Positions 1 through 16,879 are shown, counted from the first letter of the stretch. The stretch: DNA of 64,000 nucleotides from Casimicrobiaceae bacterium (GCA_035568975.1 DATMNH010000060.1:12176-76175); one strand, 5' to 3'. Notes: generated by a model not told the origin, from the letters alone. Made by a program: numbers and translations.

Positions 1-1
1 A

Positions 2-1291
2 GGCTACTTTGCGGCGACGTCACGCTACGGAGCGCCGCAGGACCTCATGCACCTGATCGAGGTTCTGCATCAGCATGAAATCGGCGTGATCCTCGATTGG
101 GTGCCGTCTCACTTTCCAGCCGACGCGCACGGACTCGCGGTGTTCGACGGAACGCATCTCTACGAGCACGCCGATCCAAGACAGGGTTTCCACCCGGAAT
201 GGAACAGCTCGATCTTCAATTACGGCCGCAACGAAGTGCGATCGTTTCTGTTGTCGAGCGCGCTCTTCTGGCTCGACAAGTACCACGTCGATGGGCTTCG
301 CGTGGATGCGGTGGCATCGATGCTCTATCTCGATTACGGCCGCAAGGACGGCGAATGGATACCGAACCGCGATGGCGGGCGCGAAAACCTGCAGGCGATC
401 GACTTCCTGCACCTGCTCAACGAAGCGGTATATCGCGATTACCCTGACGTTCAGGTCATCGCCGAGGAGTCGACGTCCTGGCCGATGGTTTCCCGTCCGG
501 TGTCCATGGGTGGCTTGGGCTTCGGCATGAAGTGGAACATGGGCTGGATGCACGACACGCTCGATTACATGCGCCAGGAGCCGATCCATCGCAGGCACCA
601 CCACGACCGGCTGACGTTCTCGATCTGGTACGCGTTCTTCGAGAACTTCGTGCTGCCGCTGTCGCACGACGAAGTGGTGTACGGCAAGGGATCGCTGATC
701 GGCAAGATGCCCGGCGATTCCTGGCAGCAATTCGCCAACCTGCGGCTCCTATTCGGCTACATGTGGGCGCACCCCGGCAAGAAGCTCTTGTTCATGGGCG
801 GCGAATTCGGCCAGCGTCGCGAATGGACGCACGAGAGCGGACTCGAATGGTGGGTATCGACGCTCGCCGAGCATGCCGGCGTGCAGCGCTGGGTACGAGA
901 TCTCAACGCCGTGCTGCGAACCGAGCCCGCGCTGTATCAACTCGACTTCGATCAGGCGGGATTCGAATGGATCGACGCCGGCGACGCGGCGGCCAGCGTG
1001 CTCTCTTTCCTGCGCAAACCGAAGAGCGGCGGGGCGCCGCTCCTGGCGGTATGCAATTTCACCCCGGTCGTGCGCCGCAATTACAGCGTTGGCGTGCCGC
1101 AAGGCGGACTCTGGCGCGAGCTCCTCAACAGCGACGCGGGCGTTTACGGCGGCAGCGGGGTCGGCAATTTCGGTGCGGTCGAAGCCGCACCGGTCCCGGC
1201 GCAGGGTCGCGCACACGCGCTGACGCTGACGCTGCCGCCGCTCGCATGCATTCTGCTCAGGCCCGACGGCAGCGCGAGAGCAGCAAGATGA
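2..1291 (+). CDS. glgB: 1,4-alpha-glucan branching enzyme, C-terminal ~430 aa (5' end lies outside the window)
   Basis: Frame 2 is open from base 2 ([24 protein letters not shown]...). GH13 branching-enzyme motifs: [48 protein letters not shown]. The TGA stop at 1289-1291 overlaps the glgE ATG (ATGA). Confidence 0.9.
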   Translation, partial: GYFAATSRYGAPQDLMHLIEVLHQHEIGVILDWVPSHFPADAHGLAVFDGTHLYEHADPRQGFHPEWNSSIFNYGRNEVRSFLLSSALFWLDKYHVDGLRVDAVASMLYLDYGRKDGEWIPNRDGGRENLQAIDFLHLLNEAVYRDYPDVQVIAEESTSWPMVSRPVSMGGLGFGMKWNMGWMHDTLDYMRQEPIHRRHHHDRLTFSIWYAFFENFVLPLSHDEVVYGKGSLIGKMPGDSWQQFANLRLLFGYMWAHPGKKLLFMGGEFGQRREWTHESGLEWWVSTLAEHAGVQRWVRDLNAVLRTEPALYQLDFDQAGFEWIDAGDAAASVLSFLRKPKSGGAPLLAVCNFTPVVRRNYSVGVPQGGLWRELLNSDAGVYGGSGVGNFGAVEAAPVPAQGRAHALTLTLPPLACILLRPDGSARAAR

Positions 1292-3321
1292 GCGGAAGCG
1301 GCAAAGTGAGCCGCAACAAACCCGCGGCCGGCAAGCCCGCCGCGCGCGCGGTGATCGAAGCAGTCGCGCCGGCGGTCGACGGCGGCCGTTTTCCGATCAA
1401 GCGCGTGTTGGGCGAAGAGGTCGTGGTCGAAGCCGACTGCTTTGCGGATGGGCACGACGAGCTTGGGTGTCTGCTGCTCTATCGGCGCGAAAGCGACGCG
1501 GCATGGGAGAGTGTGCCCATGGTCGCGCTTGGCAACGATCGATGGCGCGCGACGTTCATCGTCGACCGCATCGGCGCCTATCGCTACACGGTGACCGCGT
1601 GGGTGGATGCCTTCCTTTCCTGGCGCCACGATTTCGCGCGGCGGGTCGACGCCGAGGACCTGCTGATCGCGGCGCAGGTCGGCGCTCTTCTGATCGATGG
1701 TGCCGCGAGCCGCGCCAAACCCGGCGCGAAGCGGCGACTCGCAGCATGGGCGAAGCGCCTGCGGAGCGAATCGGATCCGACGGCCCTCGCAACGCTGGCG
1801 CTGGACGAAGCTATGTTTGCGTTGGCGAAGGAATATCCCGATCGCAGCTTCGCATCCACCCATCCGGTCGAGCTCTCCGTGCTCGTCGACCGCCATCGCG
1901 CGCGCTACAGCACGTGGTACGAGCTCTTTCCGCGCTCGTTCAGCCCGACCCGAGGCGCGCACGGAACGTTCAAGGATTGCGAGGCGGTGCTTCCTTACGT
2001 CGCGGCGATGGGATTCGATGTGCTCTACTTCCCGCCGGTCCATCCCGTCGGCAGGGAGCGGCGCAAGGGGCCCAACAATTCCTTGGTCACGAGCGCGAGC
2101 GATGTGGGCAGCCCATGGGCGATCGGTGCGGCGGAGGGCGGACATACCGCGGTCCATCCGGCGCTTGGAACGCTGGCGGATTTTCGCGAGCTCATCGCGC
2201 GCGCCGGCGAGCATGGTTTGGAAATAGCGCTCGACATCGCCTTTCAATGCGCGCCCGACCATCCATGGGTCAAGGACCACCCGGAATGGTTTCGCTGGCG
2301 TCCCGACGGCACGGTCCAATACGCCGAAAATCCACCCAAGAAATACCAGGACATCTATCCGTTCAATTTCGAATCCGAGGACTGGCAGGACTTGTGGAAC
2401 GCATTGGCGGAAGTGTTCTCGTTCTGGATCGGCGAAGGGGTGCGCATTTTCCGAGTCGACAATCCGCACACCAAACCGTTTGCGTTCTGGGAATGGCTGA
2501 TCGCGCGGGTGCGCCAGGACCATCCGGACGTCATCTTCCTCGCCGAGGCGTTCACCCGGCCGAAAATCATGCATCGCCTGGCCAAGCTCGGCTTTACCCA
2601 GTCGTACACTTATTTCACCTGGCGCAATACCAAGCAGGAGCTGACCGAGTATTTCACTGAGCTTAGCGCTGACCCGAGCCGCGAATACTTTCGTCCGAAC
2701 TGCTGGCCGAACACGCCCGACATTCTCAACGAATACCTGCAAGTCGGCGGCCGGCCGGCGTTCATGGCGCGGGTCGTGCTGGCGGCGACGCTGTCCGCCA
2801 ATTACGGCATCTACGGTCCCGCCTACGAGCTGATGGAGCAGATTCCACGCGAGACGGGGAGTGAGGAATATCGCGATTCGGAGAAGTATCAGCTGCGGCA
2901 ATGGGACCTGTCGCGGGCCGACAGCCTCGCCGAATTCATCGGCAGGATCAACCGCGCGCGACGGGACAATACAGCATTGCAGCAGGATTGGAGCCTGCGT
3001 TTTTTCGCGGTCGACAACGAGCAACTGATCTGCTACGCCAAGACCAGCGCCGATCTTGACAACATCGTCGACAACATTGTCGTGGTGGTCGTCAATCTGG
3101 ACCCGGCGCACACGCAATCGGGCTGGGTCGACATCGATCTCGCCGCGCTGGGCATGGAGGATGACAGCACGTATCAGATGCACGACTTGCTGACCGACGC
3201 GCGCTATCTCTGGCACGGTCGCCGCAACTTCGTGCAGCTCGATCCGGGGCGGACACCGGCGCACGTGTTGCGCCTGCGCCGGCGCGTGAAGCGCGAGCAG
3301 GCTTTCGACTACTTCGTCTAG
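1288..3321 (+). CDS. glgE: alpha-1,4-glucan:maltose-1-phosphate maltosyltransferase
   Basis: ATG at 1288 ([11 protein letters not shown]...). N-terminal [24 protein letters not shown] plus [11 protein letters not shown] and [10 protein letters not shown] are typical of GlgE. The 532-1287 part of the listed ORF overlaps glgB out of frame and is not used. Confidence 0.9.
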   Translation: MSGSGKVSRNKPAAGKPAARAVIEAVAPAVDGGRFPIKRVLGEEVVVEADCFADGHDELGCLLLYRRESDAAWESVPMVALGNDRWRATFIVDRIGAYRYTVTAWVDAFLSWRHDFARRVDAEDLLIAAQVGALLIDGAASRAKPGAKRRLAAWAKRLRSESDPTALATLALDEAMFALAKEYPDRSFASTHPVELSVLVDRHRARYSTWYELFPRSFSPTRGAHGTFKDCEAVLPYVAAMGFDVLYFPPVHPVGRERRKGPNNSLVTSASDVGSPWAIGAAEGGHTAVHPALGTLADFRELIARAGEHGLEIALDIAFQCAPDHPWVKDHPEWFRWRPDGTVQYAENPPKKYQDIYPFNFESEDWQDLWNALAEVFSFWIGEGVRIFRVDNPHTKPFAFWEWLIARVRQDHPDVIFLAEAFTRPKIMHRLAKLGFTQSYTYFTWRNTKQELTEYFTELSADPSREYFRPNCWPNTPDILNEYLQVGGRPAFMARVVLAATLSANYGIYGPAYELMEQIPRETGSEEYRDSEKYQLRQWDLSRADSLAEFIGRINRARRDNTALQQDWSLRFFAVDNEQLICYAKTSADLDNIVDNIVVVVVNLDPAHTQSGWVDIDLAALGMEDDSTYQMHDLLTDARYLWHGRRNFVQLDPGRTPAHVLRLRRRVKREQAFDYFV

Positions 3322-3337
3322 GGCCTGTTAACGCTAT

Positions 3338-6300
3338 GTGCCTGATCAGACCATGAACAGACTAGCCACCGACACACCGCCGACCGAGGGCATCGTCGCA
3401 GAGGCCTCGGACGCGCTCTGGTACAAGGACGCGATCGTCTACGAGCTTCACGTCAAGGCATTTCAGGATTCGAACGACGATGGCGTCGGCGACTTTCTGG
3501 GCCTGGCCGAGAGGCTCGACTACATCCGCGATCTCGGCGTCAACACGGTCTGGCTGCTGCCGTTTTATCCGTCGCCGATGAGAGACGACGGTTACGATGT
3601 CGCCGACTATCACAACGTCGCGCCCGCCTACGGCACGCGCCAGGATTTCCGGCACTTCGTGCGCGAGGCGCATCGACGGGACTTACGCATCATCACCGAG
3701 CTGATCGTCAACCACACCTCGGATCAGCATCCGTGGTTCCAGGCAGCTCGGCGCGCGCCCAAAGGCTCCGACAAGCGCAACTTCTATGTCTGGAGCGACG
3801 ACCCGACGCGCTACGCGGGCACGCGCATCATTTTCACGGATACCGAGAAGTCGAACTGGACCTGGGACGATGTCGCGCAGCAGTACTACTGGCACCGCTT
3901 CTTCAGCCACCAGCCCGACCTCAATTTCGACAATCCCAAAGTGCTGAAGGCGATCTTGAGGATCATGCGCTTCTGGCTGGACATGGGTGTCGACGGCTTC
4001 CGCCTCGACGCGATTCCGTACCTCGTCGAGCGCGAGGGAACGAACAACGAAAACCTCCCCGAAACGCACGCGGTGATCAAGCAGATCCGCGCACTGATCG
4101 ACGAGCACTACGGAGACCGGCTGCTGCTGGCCGAGGCCAATCAATGGCCCGAGGACGTGCGCGAGTATTTCGGCAACGGCGACGAATGCCACATGGCGTA
4201 TCACTTCCCGCTCATGCCCCGGATGTACAGCGCGATCGCGCAGGAGGACCGCCACCCGATCATCGAGATCATGGCGCAGACCCCGGAGATCCCCGAGATA
4301 TGCCAGTGGGCGATCTTCCTGCGCAACCACGACGAGCTGACGCTGGAGATGGTGACCAGCAAGGAACGCGACTACATGTACCAGACCTACGCGGCGGACC
4401 CGCGCGCGCGTCTGAACCTGGGCATTCGCAGGCGCCTCGCTCCGCTGCTCGACAACGACCTGGACAAGATCAAGCTGATGAACAGCCTGCTGCTGTCGAT
4501 GCCGGGCTCGCCGATGATCTATTACGGCGACGAGATCGGCATGGGCGACAACGTCTACCTCGGCGATCGCGACGGCGTGCGCACACCGATGCAGTGGCGG
4601 CCCGATCGCAACGCGGGTTTTTCGTCGGCCGACCCGCAGCGCCTGTATCTGCCGCCGATCATGGACCCGGTGTACGGCTATCAGGCGGTCAACGTCGAGG
4701 CGCAGGCGAGGGCGACGTCTTCGCTGTTGAACTGGATGCGGCGCATGCTCGCCGCGCGCAAGCTGCACAAGGCATTCGGCCGCGGGACGCTGACTTTCCT
4801 TCGACCGACCAACCGCAAGATCCTGGCCTACCTGCGCGAGTACGAGGACGATCTCCTGCTCTGCGTGGTCAATCTGGCGCGTTCGGCGCAGCCGGTCGAG
4901 CTCGACCTGTCGCAACACAAGGGGCTGATCCCGATCGAAGTGATGGGCCGTGCGAGCTTTCCGTCGATCGGCGATGCGCCTTACGTGCTCACGCTTCCCG
5001 GCCACGGTTTCATGTGGTTTCGGCTCGCCAAGGGCGACGAAGCTGCGGCCAAGCGCGACGATCGATCGCTTCGCGAAGAGTTGCCGGTGCTGGTGCTCTT
5101 CGACGGATGGCAAAGCCTGTTCCGCGATCGCGTCGTGCCGTGGCGTATCGCGCTCTCGGAAAAAGTGCGTGCGCAGCTCGAGCGTGATCTTCTGCCGGCG
5201 TTCGTCGCCGCGCAGCGCTGGTTCGCGGCCAAGGGGGAAACGCTCAAGCGTGTCGCGCTGCTCGATTACGTGCAATGGGGCAAGGCACCGTCGAGCTGGC
5301 TGATCACGCTGGCCAGCGCCGAGCTCGGCCGCAGCGCGCCGCAGACCTACCTTCTTCCTCTTGCGCTGGTCTGGGAAGACGCGCCCGAAGAGCGAACGCG
5401 CGCCGTGCAGGACGCGATCATCGCCCGCGTGCGGCAACAGGGTCGCGTCGGCGTGCTCGCGGATGCCTTCGCCGACGAGGATTTTTGTCGCGCTCTTGCG
5501 GCCGCCATCGGCGCCGGCGAGGACATCCGCTGCGCCCATGGAACGATACGCTTCACGCGCACTCGCGCCTTCGCCGACCTCGCCGGCAGCGACGCCGCTT
5601 GGCAGGGACAGGTGCGTTCCACCGGCGGGCAGAGCAGCAACACCGTGCTCGTCCTCGGCGAAAGGCTGCTGCTCAAAGCCTACCGGCGCCTTCATGCGGG
5701 CATCAATCCGGAGCTGGAGATCGGCCGTTTTCTCACCGAGACGGTGAGCTTCTCGCACGTCGTTCCAGTGGCAGGCGCCATCGATTACGTTGCCGCTGAC
5801 GGCGCGGCGACGACCCTCGCGCTGCTGCAAGGCTTCGTCGACAACCAGGGCGACGCCTGGGGCTACACACTGAACTACGTCGAGCAGTTTCTGGAGCAGC
5901 ATCGGGCCGGCGTGGTGCCCGCCGGCGCAGCCAGCGAGATCCACGGAGGCTATCTGGCGCTCATCCGCACGCTGGGCAAGCGCACCGCGGAACTGCACGC
6001 CGCGCTGTCACAGCGAACCGGCAACCCGGCATTCGATCCGGAGCCGATAGAGCCGCGCGACGTGAGCGCGTGGGTAGCGCATGCTCATGAAGTCGCAGCG
6101 ACAACGCTGGATCGCCTCGAGCGACAGCGGGCCACGCTGGACCCGGCAACGCAACCCTTGGCCTCGCAACTGCTAGCCGCCCGGACCGAGCTTTTGAAGC
6201 GCATCGATCTCTCGAATCCGGGCCCGGTGCGCGCGTTCAAGACCCGATTGCACGGCGACTACCACCTGGGCCAGGTGCTGCTGGCCCAGAACGATTTCAT

Positions 6301-6706
6301 CATCACCGATTTCGAGGGAGAACCGGCGCGTCCCCTGGCTGAAAGGCGGCAGAAGGACTCGGCGTTCAGGGACGTCGCCGGCATGCTGCGCTCGTTCAAT
6401 TACGCGATGCACCAGTCGATCGCGCACGCGACCGTCGAGCGGCCCGACGCGCTGCAGTCCTTGCAGGCGCCCGCGCGCGCATGGGAAGCGGTCGCGAAAA
6501 CTGCATTCCTGGAGGCGTATCGCGACACCGCGCTGAGCACAGGCCTGTTCGTATCATGGGACGAGATTCGCGGCCTGCTCGAATTGTTCCTGCTGGAAAA
6601 AGCTTTTCACGAACTTAGCTACGAGGTCGACAACCGGCCGGACTGGGTGCGCGTCCCCCTGGCCGGGCTTCTGGATCTGCTGAGCCGCAGGTCCGCGCAG
6701 GATTGA
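3338..6706 (+). CDS. treS: trehalose synthase fused to maltokinase (TreS-Pep2/Mak)
   Basis: N-terminal GH13 half: LWYKDAIVYELHVKAF, GFRLDAIPYL, LLAEANQWPED, FLRNHDELTLEMV. C-terminal ~450 aa is kinase-like (LHGDYHLGQVLL, DFIITDFEGEP). Start is GTG 3338 or ATG 3353. Confidence 0.9.
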   Translation: MPDQTMNRLATDTPPTEGIVAEASDALWYKDAIVYELHVKAFQDSNDDGVGDFLGLAERLDYIRDLGVNTVWLLPFYPSPMRDDGYDVADYHNVAPAYGTRQDFRHFVREAHRRDLRIITELIVNHTSDQHPWFQAARRAPKGSDKRNFYVWSDDPTRYAGTRIIFTDTEKSNWTWDDVAQQYYWHRFFSHQPDLNFDNPKVLKAILRIMRFWLDMGVDGFRLDAIPYLVEREGTNNENLPETHAVIKQIRALIDEHYGDRLLLAEANQWPEDVREYFGNGDECHMAYHFPLMPRMYSAIAQEDRHPIIEIMAQTPEIPEICQWAIFLRNHDELTLEMVTSKERDYMYQTYAADPRARLNLGIRRRLAPLLDNDLDKIKLMNSLLLSMPGSPMIYYGDEIGMGDNVYLGDRDGVRTPMQWRPDRNAGFSSADPQRLYLPPIMDPVYGYQAVNVEAQARATSSLLNWMRRMLAARKLHKAFGRGTLTFLRPTNRKILAYLREYEDDLLLCVVNLARSAQPVELDLSQHKGLIPIEVMGRASFPSIGDAPYVLTLPGHGFMWFRLAKGDEAAAKRDDRSLREELPVLVLFDGWQSLFRDRVVPWRIALSEKVRAQLERDLLPAFVAAQRWFAAKGETLKRVALLDYVQWGKAPSSWLITLASAELGRSAPQTYLLPLALVWEDAPEERTRAVQDAIIARVRQQGRVGVLADAFADEDFCRALAAAIGAGEDIRCAHGTIRFTRTRAFADLAGSDAAWQGQVRSTGGQSSNTVLVLGERLLLKAYRRLHAGINPELEIGRFLTETVSFSHVVPVAGAIDYVAADGAATTLALLQGFVDNQGDAWGYTLNYVEQFLEQHRAGVVPAGAASEIHGGYLALIRTLGKRTAELHAALSQRTGNPAFDPEPIEPRDVSAWVAHAHEVAATTLDRLERQRATLDPATQPLASQLLAARTELLKRIDLSNPGPVRAFKTRLHGDYHLGQVLLAQNDFIITDFEGEPARPLAERRQKDSAFRDVAGMLRSFNYAMHQSIAHATVERPDALQSLQAPARAWEAVAKTAFLEAYRDTALSTGLFVSWDEIRGLLELFLLEKAFHELSYEVDNRPDWVRVPLAGLLDLLSRRSAQD

Positions 6707-6718
6707 CAGGAGGTCACG

Positions 6719-7423
6719 ATGGATCAATTCGACATGACGTGGGAGCCGGTGCGCGCGTTTCTGATACAGGTGGGCGAGTTCTTTCCGAGAGTGATCCTCG
6801 CGCTGGTCATCCTGCTGGTCGGCTGGCTGATCGCCAAGGTGGTGCGCTTCACCGTGGTCAAGGCGCTGCGCGCGATCAACTTCAACGTGCTCACCGAAAG
6901 GGCGGGCATCGATAACTTCTTGAAGCAGGGTGGCGGCGAGACCGACACCACGGATATCCTCGGGCTCTTGATCTACTGGCTTACCATCCTCACCGCGCTG
7001 ATGATCGCATCGAATAGCGTCGGCCTGATCGCGGTCACCGAGCTCGTGGTGCGTGTCGTGCTCTTCGTGCCGAAGGTGATCGTCGCCATCGTCATTCTCG
7101 CGTTCGGTGCGTACTTTGCGCGTTTCATCGGCATGTCGGTGACGGCGTATTGCAAGAATCTGGACATGCCCGACGCCGAGCTCTTCGGCAGGCTCGCGAT
7201 GTACGCGATCGTCGTCTTCGTGGCCATGGTCGCGATAGACCACCTCGGGTTGGGCGACATCATTCGCCAGACTTTCCTGATCCTGCTCACTGCGATCGCG
7301 CTCGCGCTTGCGCTCGCCTTCGGACTCGGCGGCCAGAAACGCGCGGCGGAGTTTCTCGAGCGCTGGTCGCGCCGAACCAAGGCCGACGAGCCGAGCCACC
7401 CCGATCGCCGTGCTGCGCCATGA
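6719..7423 (+). CDS. membrane protein with repeated 'conserved TM helix' segments (MscS-associated TM_helix family-like)
   Basis: AGGAGG at 6708-6713 lies 5 nt upstream of the ATG. 234 aa with several hydrophobic helices (VILALVILLVGWLIAKVV, LIYWLTILTALMIA, VIVAIVILAFGAYFA, LAMYAIVVFVAMVAI, FLILLTAIALALALAF). The family assignment is from memory of the repeat architecture. Confidence 0.65.
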   Translation: MDQFDMTWEPVRAFLIQVGEFFPRVILALVILLVGWLIAKVVRFTVVKALRAINFNVLTERAGIDNFLKQGGGETDTTDILGLLIYWLTILTALMIASNSVGLIAVTELVVRVVLFVPKVIVAIVILAFGAYFARFIGMSVTAYCKNLDMPDAELFGRLAMYAIVVFVAMVAIDHLGLGDIIRQTFLILLTAIALALALAFGLGGQKRAAEFLERWSRRTKADEPSHPDRRAAP

Positions 7424-7463
7424 CCCCGCGGCGGCGGATGCGCACCAGCACGCTCATCAATAT

Positions 7464-7535
7464 CGTCATTCCCGCGGAAGCGGGAATCCATTGGCGTTTA
7501 ATCAAACATGGATCCCCGCATTCGCGGGGATGACG
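7464..7535. repeat. REP/MITE-like bipartite palindromic element, copy A
   Basis: Left arm CGTCATTCCCGCGGAAGCGGGAATCCA (7464-7490) and right arm TGGATCCCCGCATTCGCGGGGATGACG (7509-7535). Each arm is a hairpin, and the two arms are near reverse complements of each other. Related copies sit at 16759, 31395 and 49306. Confidence 0.85.
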
Positions 7536-7555
7536 AGCGCGTTTCTGACCAGCCG

Positions 7556-9712
7556 ATGACACCGATCACCGCAGTATGGCCCGGCCGCCCCGATCCGCGC
7601 GGCGCCACCTGGGACGGCGAAGGCGTCAACTTCGCGCTGTTCTCGGAAAACGCGGAGCGCGTCGAGCTGTGCATTTTCGACGATGCCGGAAGGCGTCAGT
7701 TGCAGCGCATCGCGCTTTCCGAGCGCACCGATCAGATCTGGCATTGCTATCTGCCGGAAGCCCGCCCGGGGATGCTCTATGGCTACCGGGTGTTCGGCCG
7801 CTATCGTCCCGACGAAGGCAGTCGCTTCAATCCGCACAAGCTGCTGCTCGATCCGTACGCGATGCAGATCGTCGGCGCATTGCGCTGGAGCGATGCGATG
7901 TTCGGCTATACCCCCGGTCATCGACGCGAGGACCTTTCCTACGACCGCCGCGACAGCGCTGGCGGCATGCCCAAGTGCAAGGTGATCGATCCGGCGTTCA
8001 CCTGGGGCGACGACCGCGGGCCGGACGTGCCCTGGCACGAAATGGTGATCTACGAGCTGCACGTGCGCGGCTACACCATGCAGCATCCCGACGTGCCGCC
8101 CCAGCTGCGCGGCACCTATGCGGGCCTGGCGACGGCGCCGGTGATCGACTATCTGAAACGCCTCGGCGTGACCACCATCGAGCTCATGCCGGTGCACGCG
8201 TTCGTCGACGATCGCCGGCTGGTCGAGCAGGGCCTGCGCAACTATTGGGGCTACAACACCATCGGATTCTTCGCGCCCGACGCGCGCTATTCCGCGTCGG
8301 GGAAGGTCAACGAGTTCAAGACCATGGTGAAGACGCTGCATTCGGCCGGCTTCGAGGTCATCCTCGACGTCGTCTACAACCATACCGCCGAGGGCAACCA
8401 TCTCGGGCCGACGCTGTGCTTTCGCGGCATCGACAATGTTTCCTACTACCGGCTGAATCACGACGCCAGGCGCTTCTACACCGATTACACAGGGACCGGC
8501 AATACGCTCGACATGCAGCATCCCCGCGTGCTGCAGCTATTGATGGATTCGCTGCGCTACTGGGTCACCGACATGCATGTCGACGGCTTTCGCTTCGACC
8601 TCGCCTCGGCGCTGGCGCGCGAGCTGCACGAAGTGAACCGCCTGGGCGCCTTCTTCGACATCCTCCGGCAGGACCCCGTGCTCTCGCGCGTGAAGCTCAT
8701 CGCCGAGCCGTGGGATCTGGGCGAGGGCGGCTATCAGGTCGGCAACTTTCCGCCGGGATGGGCGGAGTGGAACGACAAGTATCGCGACACCATGCGCGCC
8801 TACTGGAAGGGCGACGGCGGACTGATCGGCGAGTTTTCAAGGCGGCTGACCGGATCGAGCGACCTCTACGGGCGTCACGGCAGGCTGCCGCACGCCAGCA
8901 TCAATTTCATCACCGCGCACGACGGCTTCACTCTGCACGACCTCGTGTCGTACAACGAAAAGCACAACGAAGCCAATCTCGAGGAGAACCGCGACGGCAA
9001 CAACAACAACCTGTCGTGGAACTGTGGCGTCGAGGGACCGACCGACGACCCCGTCGTCAACGGCTTGCGCGCGCGCCAGAAGCGCAACATGCTGGCCACG
9101 CTGCTCTTGTCGCAGGGCGTGCCGATGCTGGTCGCGGGAGACGAAATCGGGCGCACGCAGCACGGCAACAATAACGCGTATTGTCAGGACAGTGCGCTCT
9201 CGTGGCTCGATTGGAATCTCGATCCCGAGCGCACGAAGCTGCGCGACTTCGTGCGCCGCATGGTGCACTTGCGGCGCACGCACCCGGTGTTCCGGCGCCG
9301 CCATTTCTTCCAGGGCCGGCCGCTTCACGGCAGCGAGGCCAAGGACATTGTCTGGCTCAATCCCGACGGCTCGGAAATGACCGCCGAGGAGTGGAATCAG
9401 GATTTCGCGCGCTGCCTGGGCGTCTATCTCGCAGGCAGCGCGCTGACCGAAGTCGACGCTCGCGGGCATCGGATCGTCGACGACGACTTCGTGGTGCTTT
9501 TCAATGCGCATCACGACTCGGTGCCGTTTCGCCTGCCGGCAAAAACGCTCGCACCTCATGGCGACGGTCGGTGGCAGGCGATCGTCGACACCGCGCGCGA
9601 CGACGGCCTCGCACCCGATGGAGTGTTCGATGCCGAAAGCGTTTACCCCCTGGAGGGACGATCGCTGGTATTGCTGATGCGTGTCGCATCCACCGGCGCT
9701 CCTGCGGCGTGA
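7556..9712 (+). CDS. glgX: glycogen debranching enzyme
   Basis: [44 protein letters not shown]13 motifs: [67 protein letters not shown]. The upstream ATG at 7508 lies inside the REP element. Confidence 0.9.
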   Translation: MTPITAVWPGRPDPRGATWDGEGVNFALFSENAERVELCIFDDAGRRQLQRIALSERTDQIWHCYLPEARPGMLYGYRVFGRYRPDEGSRFNPHKLLLDPYAMQIVGALRWSDAMFGYTPGHRREDLSYDRRDSAGGMPKCKVIDPAFTWGDDRGPDVPWHEMVIYELHVRGYTMQHPDVPPQLRGTYAGLATAPVIDYLKRLGVTTIELMPVHAFVDDRRLVEQGLRNYWGYNTIGFFAPDARYSASGKVNEFKTMVKTLHSAGFEVILDVVYNHTAEGNHLGPTLCFRGIDNVSYYRLNHDARRFYTDYTGTGNTLDMQHPRVLQLLMDSLRYWVTDMHVDGFRFDLASALARELHEVNRLGAFFDILRQDPVLSRVKLIAEPWDLGEGGYQVGNFPPGWAEWNDKYRDTMRAYWKGDGGLIGEFSRRLTGSSDLYGRHGRLPHASINFITAHDGFTLHDLVSYNEKHNEANLEENRDGNNNNLSWNCGVEGPTDDPVVNGLRARQKRNMLATLLLSQGVPMLVAGDEIGRTQHGNNNAYCQDSALSWLDWNLDPERTKLRDFVRRMVHLRRTHPVFRRRHFFQGRPLHGSEAKDIVWLNPDGSEMTAEEWNQDFARCLGVYLAGSALTEVDARGHRIVDDDFVVLFNAHHDSVPFRLPAKTLAPHGDGRWQAIVDTARDDGLAPDGVFDAESVYPLEGRSLVLLMRVASTGAPAA

Positions 9713-9734
9713 CAACGGTTCGGATATCTCGGCG

Positions 9735-11560
9735 ATGAGATGTCGTCATGCGATGCCGTTCGGCGTCGAGCTTTCCGCCGCCGGCGCGCGCTTCCGCCTG
9801 TGGGCACCCGCCGCTCGCCAGGTCGAGCTCGATTTGGCCCTGCATGGCTCGCAACGCGCCCTCGAGATGTCGGCGCTCGCCGATGGCTGGTTCGAAGCGA
9901 ACGCAGCCGACGCGCCTGCAGGCACCCGCTACGCGTTCCGCATCGACGGCGGCATCACCGTGCCGGATCCGGCCTCGCGATTCAATCCTGACGATGTTCA
10001 CTGCCCAAGCATGGTGGTCGATCCGCTGGCGTACGAGTGGCGCGACGCGGGATGGACGGGCAGGCCATGGGAGGACGCTGTCATCTACGAGCTCCACGTC
10101 GGCGCCTTCACGGCCGCGGGAAGCTTTGCCGCGGTGATCGAGCGCCTCGATTATCTCGCCGATCTCGGGGTGACTGCGGTCGAGCTCATGCCCCTCGCCG
10201 ACTTTCCCGGAAGACGCAACTGGGGCTACGACGGCGTGCTTCCGTTTGCGCCCGACGCGAGCTACGGCGCGCCGGACGAGCTCAAGCGCCTGATCGACGC
10301 CGCGCATTCGCGTTCGCTGATGGTTCTTCTGGACGTCGTGTACAACCACTTCGGGCCGGAGGGCAACTACCTTCACGCCTACGCGCCGCAGTTCTTCAAC
10401 CCTGAGCATCAGACGCCATGGGGCGCGGCCATCAACTACGATGGCGAGCAAAGTCGCACCGTGCGCGACTTCTTCATACACAACGCGCTCTACTGGCTCG
10501 AGGAATACCGTTTCGACGGACTGCGTCTGGACGCGGTGGATCGAATCGTCGACGAATCCTCGCCGGATATTCTCGTCGAGCTCGCCTCGCGCGTGCGCGA
10601 AGGGCCCGGCGCCAGCCGGCATGTGCATCTGGTGCTCGAAAACGATCGCAACGAGGCGCACTACCTCGGCCGCGACGGAGAAGCGCAGCCGCTGCACGCG
10701 ACGGCACAATGGAACGACGACATTCACCATGCCGCGCACGTCGTCGTGACCGGCGAGGTGGACGGCTACTATGCGGATTACGCCGCACGGCCGCTGTGGT
10801 ACTTCGCGCGCTGCCTGACCGAGGGCTTCGGCTATCAGGGCGAACCCTCACGGTACCGTGGCAACGTCGCGCGCGGAGAGCCGTCGCTGCACCTGCCTCC
10901 AGGCGCCTTCGTCTGTTTTCTGCAAACGCATGACCAGGCCGGCAACCGAGCATTCGGCGAGCGAATCGGACACATCGCCAACCTGCGCGCGCTGCGCGCC
11001 GCGGTTGCCTGCGTACTGCTCGCGCCCTCCCCGCCGCTCCTGTTCATGGGCGAGGAATTCTTCGCGTCGACGCCATTCCTCTTCTTCTGCGATTTCGGCC
11101 CGGAGCTGGCGCTGGCGGTAACGCAGGGCAGAAGAAAAGAGTTCGGGCGCTTCGCGCGCTTTGCCGATCCCGCGCTCCAGGCGACGATCCCGGATCCGAA
11201 CAGCGAAACCACCTTCGAGCGAAGCAAGCTTGACTGGAGCGAAGCCGGAGATCCGGGCCACCGCGAGTGGACCGAGCTGTATCGCGAGTGTCTCGGCATA
11301 CGCGAGGCGCACATCGCGCCACGGCTTCGCGGAGTGACACCTTCGGGCAGCTTCGAGGTCGAGCGGGACGAAGTGATATACGCCCGTTGGACGCTGGGCG
11401 ACGGCTCGCACCTGCAACTGGCCGCGAACTTCAGCGCCCACCGGTCGCATCCGATCGTGCAGCAGATGGGCCAAACGCTCTACGCGAGTCACCCGGTTGC
11501 GCTGGAGGCCGGCAACGAAGTCCTGCGGGCCTGCTCCGTCAGATTTACCCTGCGCAACGC

Positions 11561-11564
<4 letters not shown>
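9735..11564 (+). CDS. treZ: malto-oligosyltrehalose trehalohydrolase
   Basis: GARFRLWAP, WGYDGVLPFAP, VLLDVVYNHFGPEGNYL, GLRLDAVD, FLQTHDQAGNR. Start is ATG 9735 (or 9753). The TGA stop at 11562-11564 overlaps the next ATG (ATGA). Confidence 0.9.
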
Positions 11565-16675
<5,111 letters not shown>

Positions 16676-16758
16676 GCGGGAGCTCTTTGCACCGCGTTTT
16701 TGAGCGTTACGAAAGGAGTGACGCCAAGGTCCTGATATCGTCGTACCCGCGGCCTTTA

Positions 16759-16846
16759 GTCCCCGCGAAAGCGGGGAGGGAACCCAGTGTCTTTTGACGA
16801 ACGCCGCTGGGTCCCCGCTCCGCTACCAAAATGAGCTGAGACGACA
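16759..16846. repeat. REP/MITE-like element, copy B (degenerate, inverted relative to copy C)
   Basis: GTCCCCGCGAAAGCGGGGA (16759-16777) and a decayed second arm TGGGTCCCCGCTCCGCTACCAAAATGAGCTGAGACGAC. Its spacer GTGTCTTTTGACGAACGCCGCTG is close to the reverse complement of the copy C spacer. Confidence 0.7.
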
Positions 16847-16879
16847 GAAGTCTTGCGGCTGCCCGCGCCCGCTGCCCTC

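Noticed and set aside
532-1287. N-terminal 252-aa extension of the glgE ORF.
   Set aside because: It overlaps glgB in a different frame and has low-complexity Arg/Ala composition. A proper GlgE N-terminus begins at ATG 1288, coupled to the glgB stop.
1144-3264. 706-aa ORF antisense to glgE. Similar long antisense or out-of-frame ORFs occur at 3683-5998, 7502-8521, 9501-10739, 14363-15757, 33581-35011, 36252-38411, 38315-39601, 47654-49417 and 52896-54098.
   Set aside because: They are typical stop-codon-poor shadow frames of a high-GC genome. Their translations are Arg/Ala/Pro/Gly-rich with no recognisable motifs. Each fully overlaps a gene with strong family signatures on the other strand or frame.
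7508-7555. ATG 7508 as the glgX start.
   Set aside because: It lies inside the right arm of REP copy A ([10 protein letters not shown] is translated repeat sequence). ATG 7556 gives a normal GlgX N-terminus.
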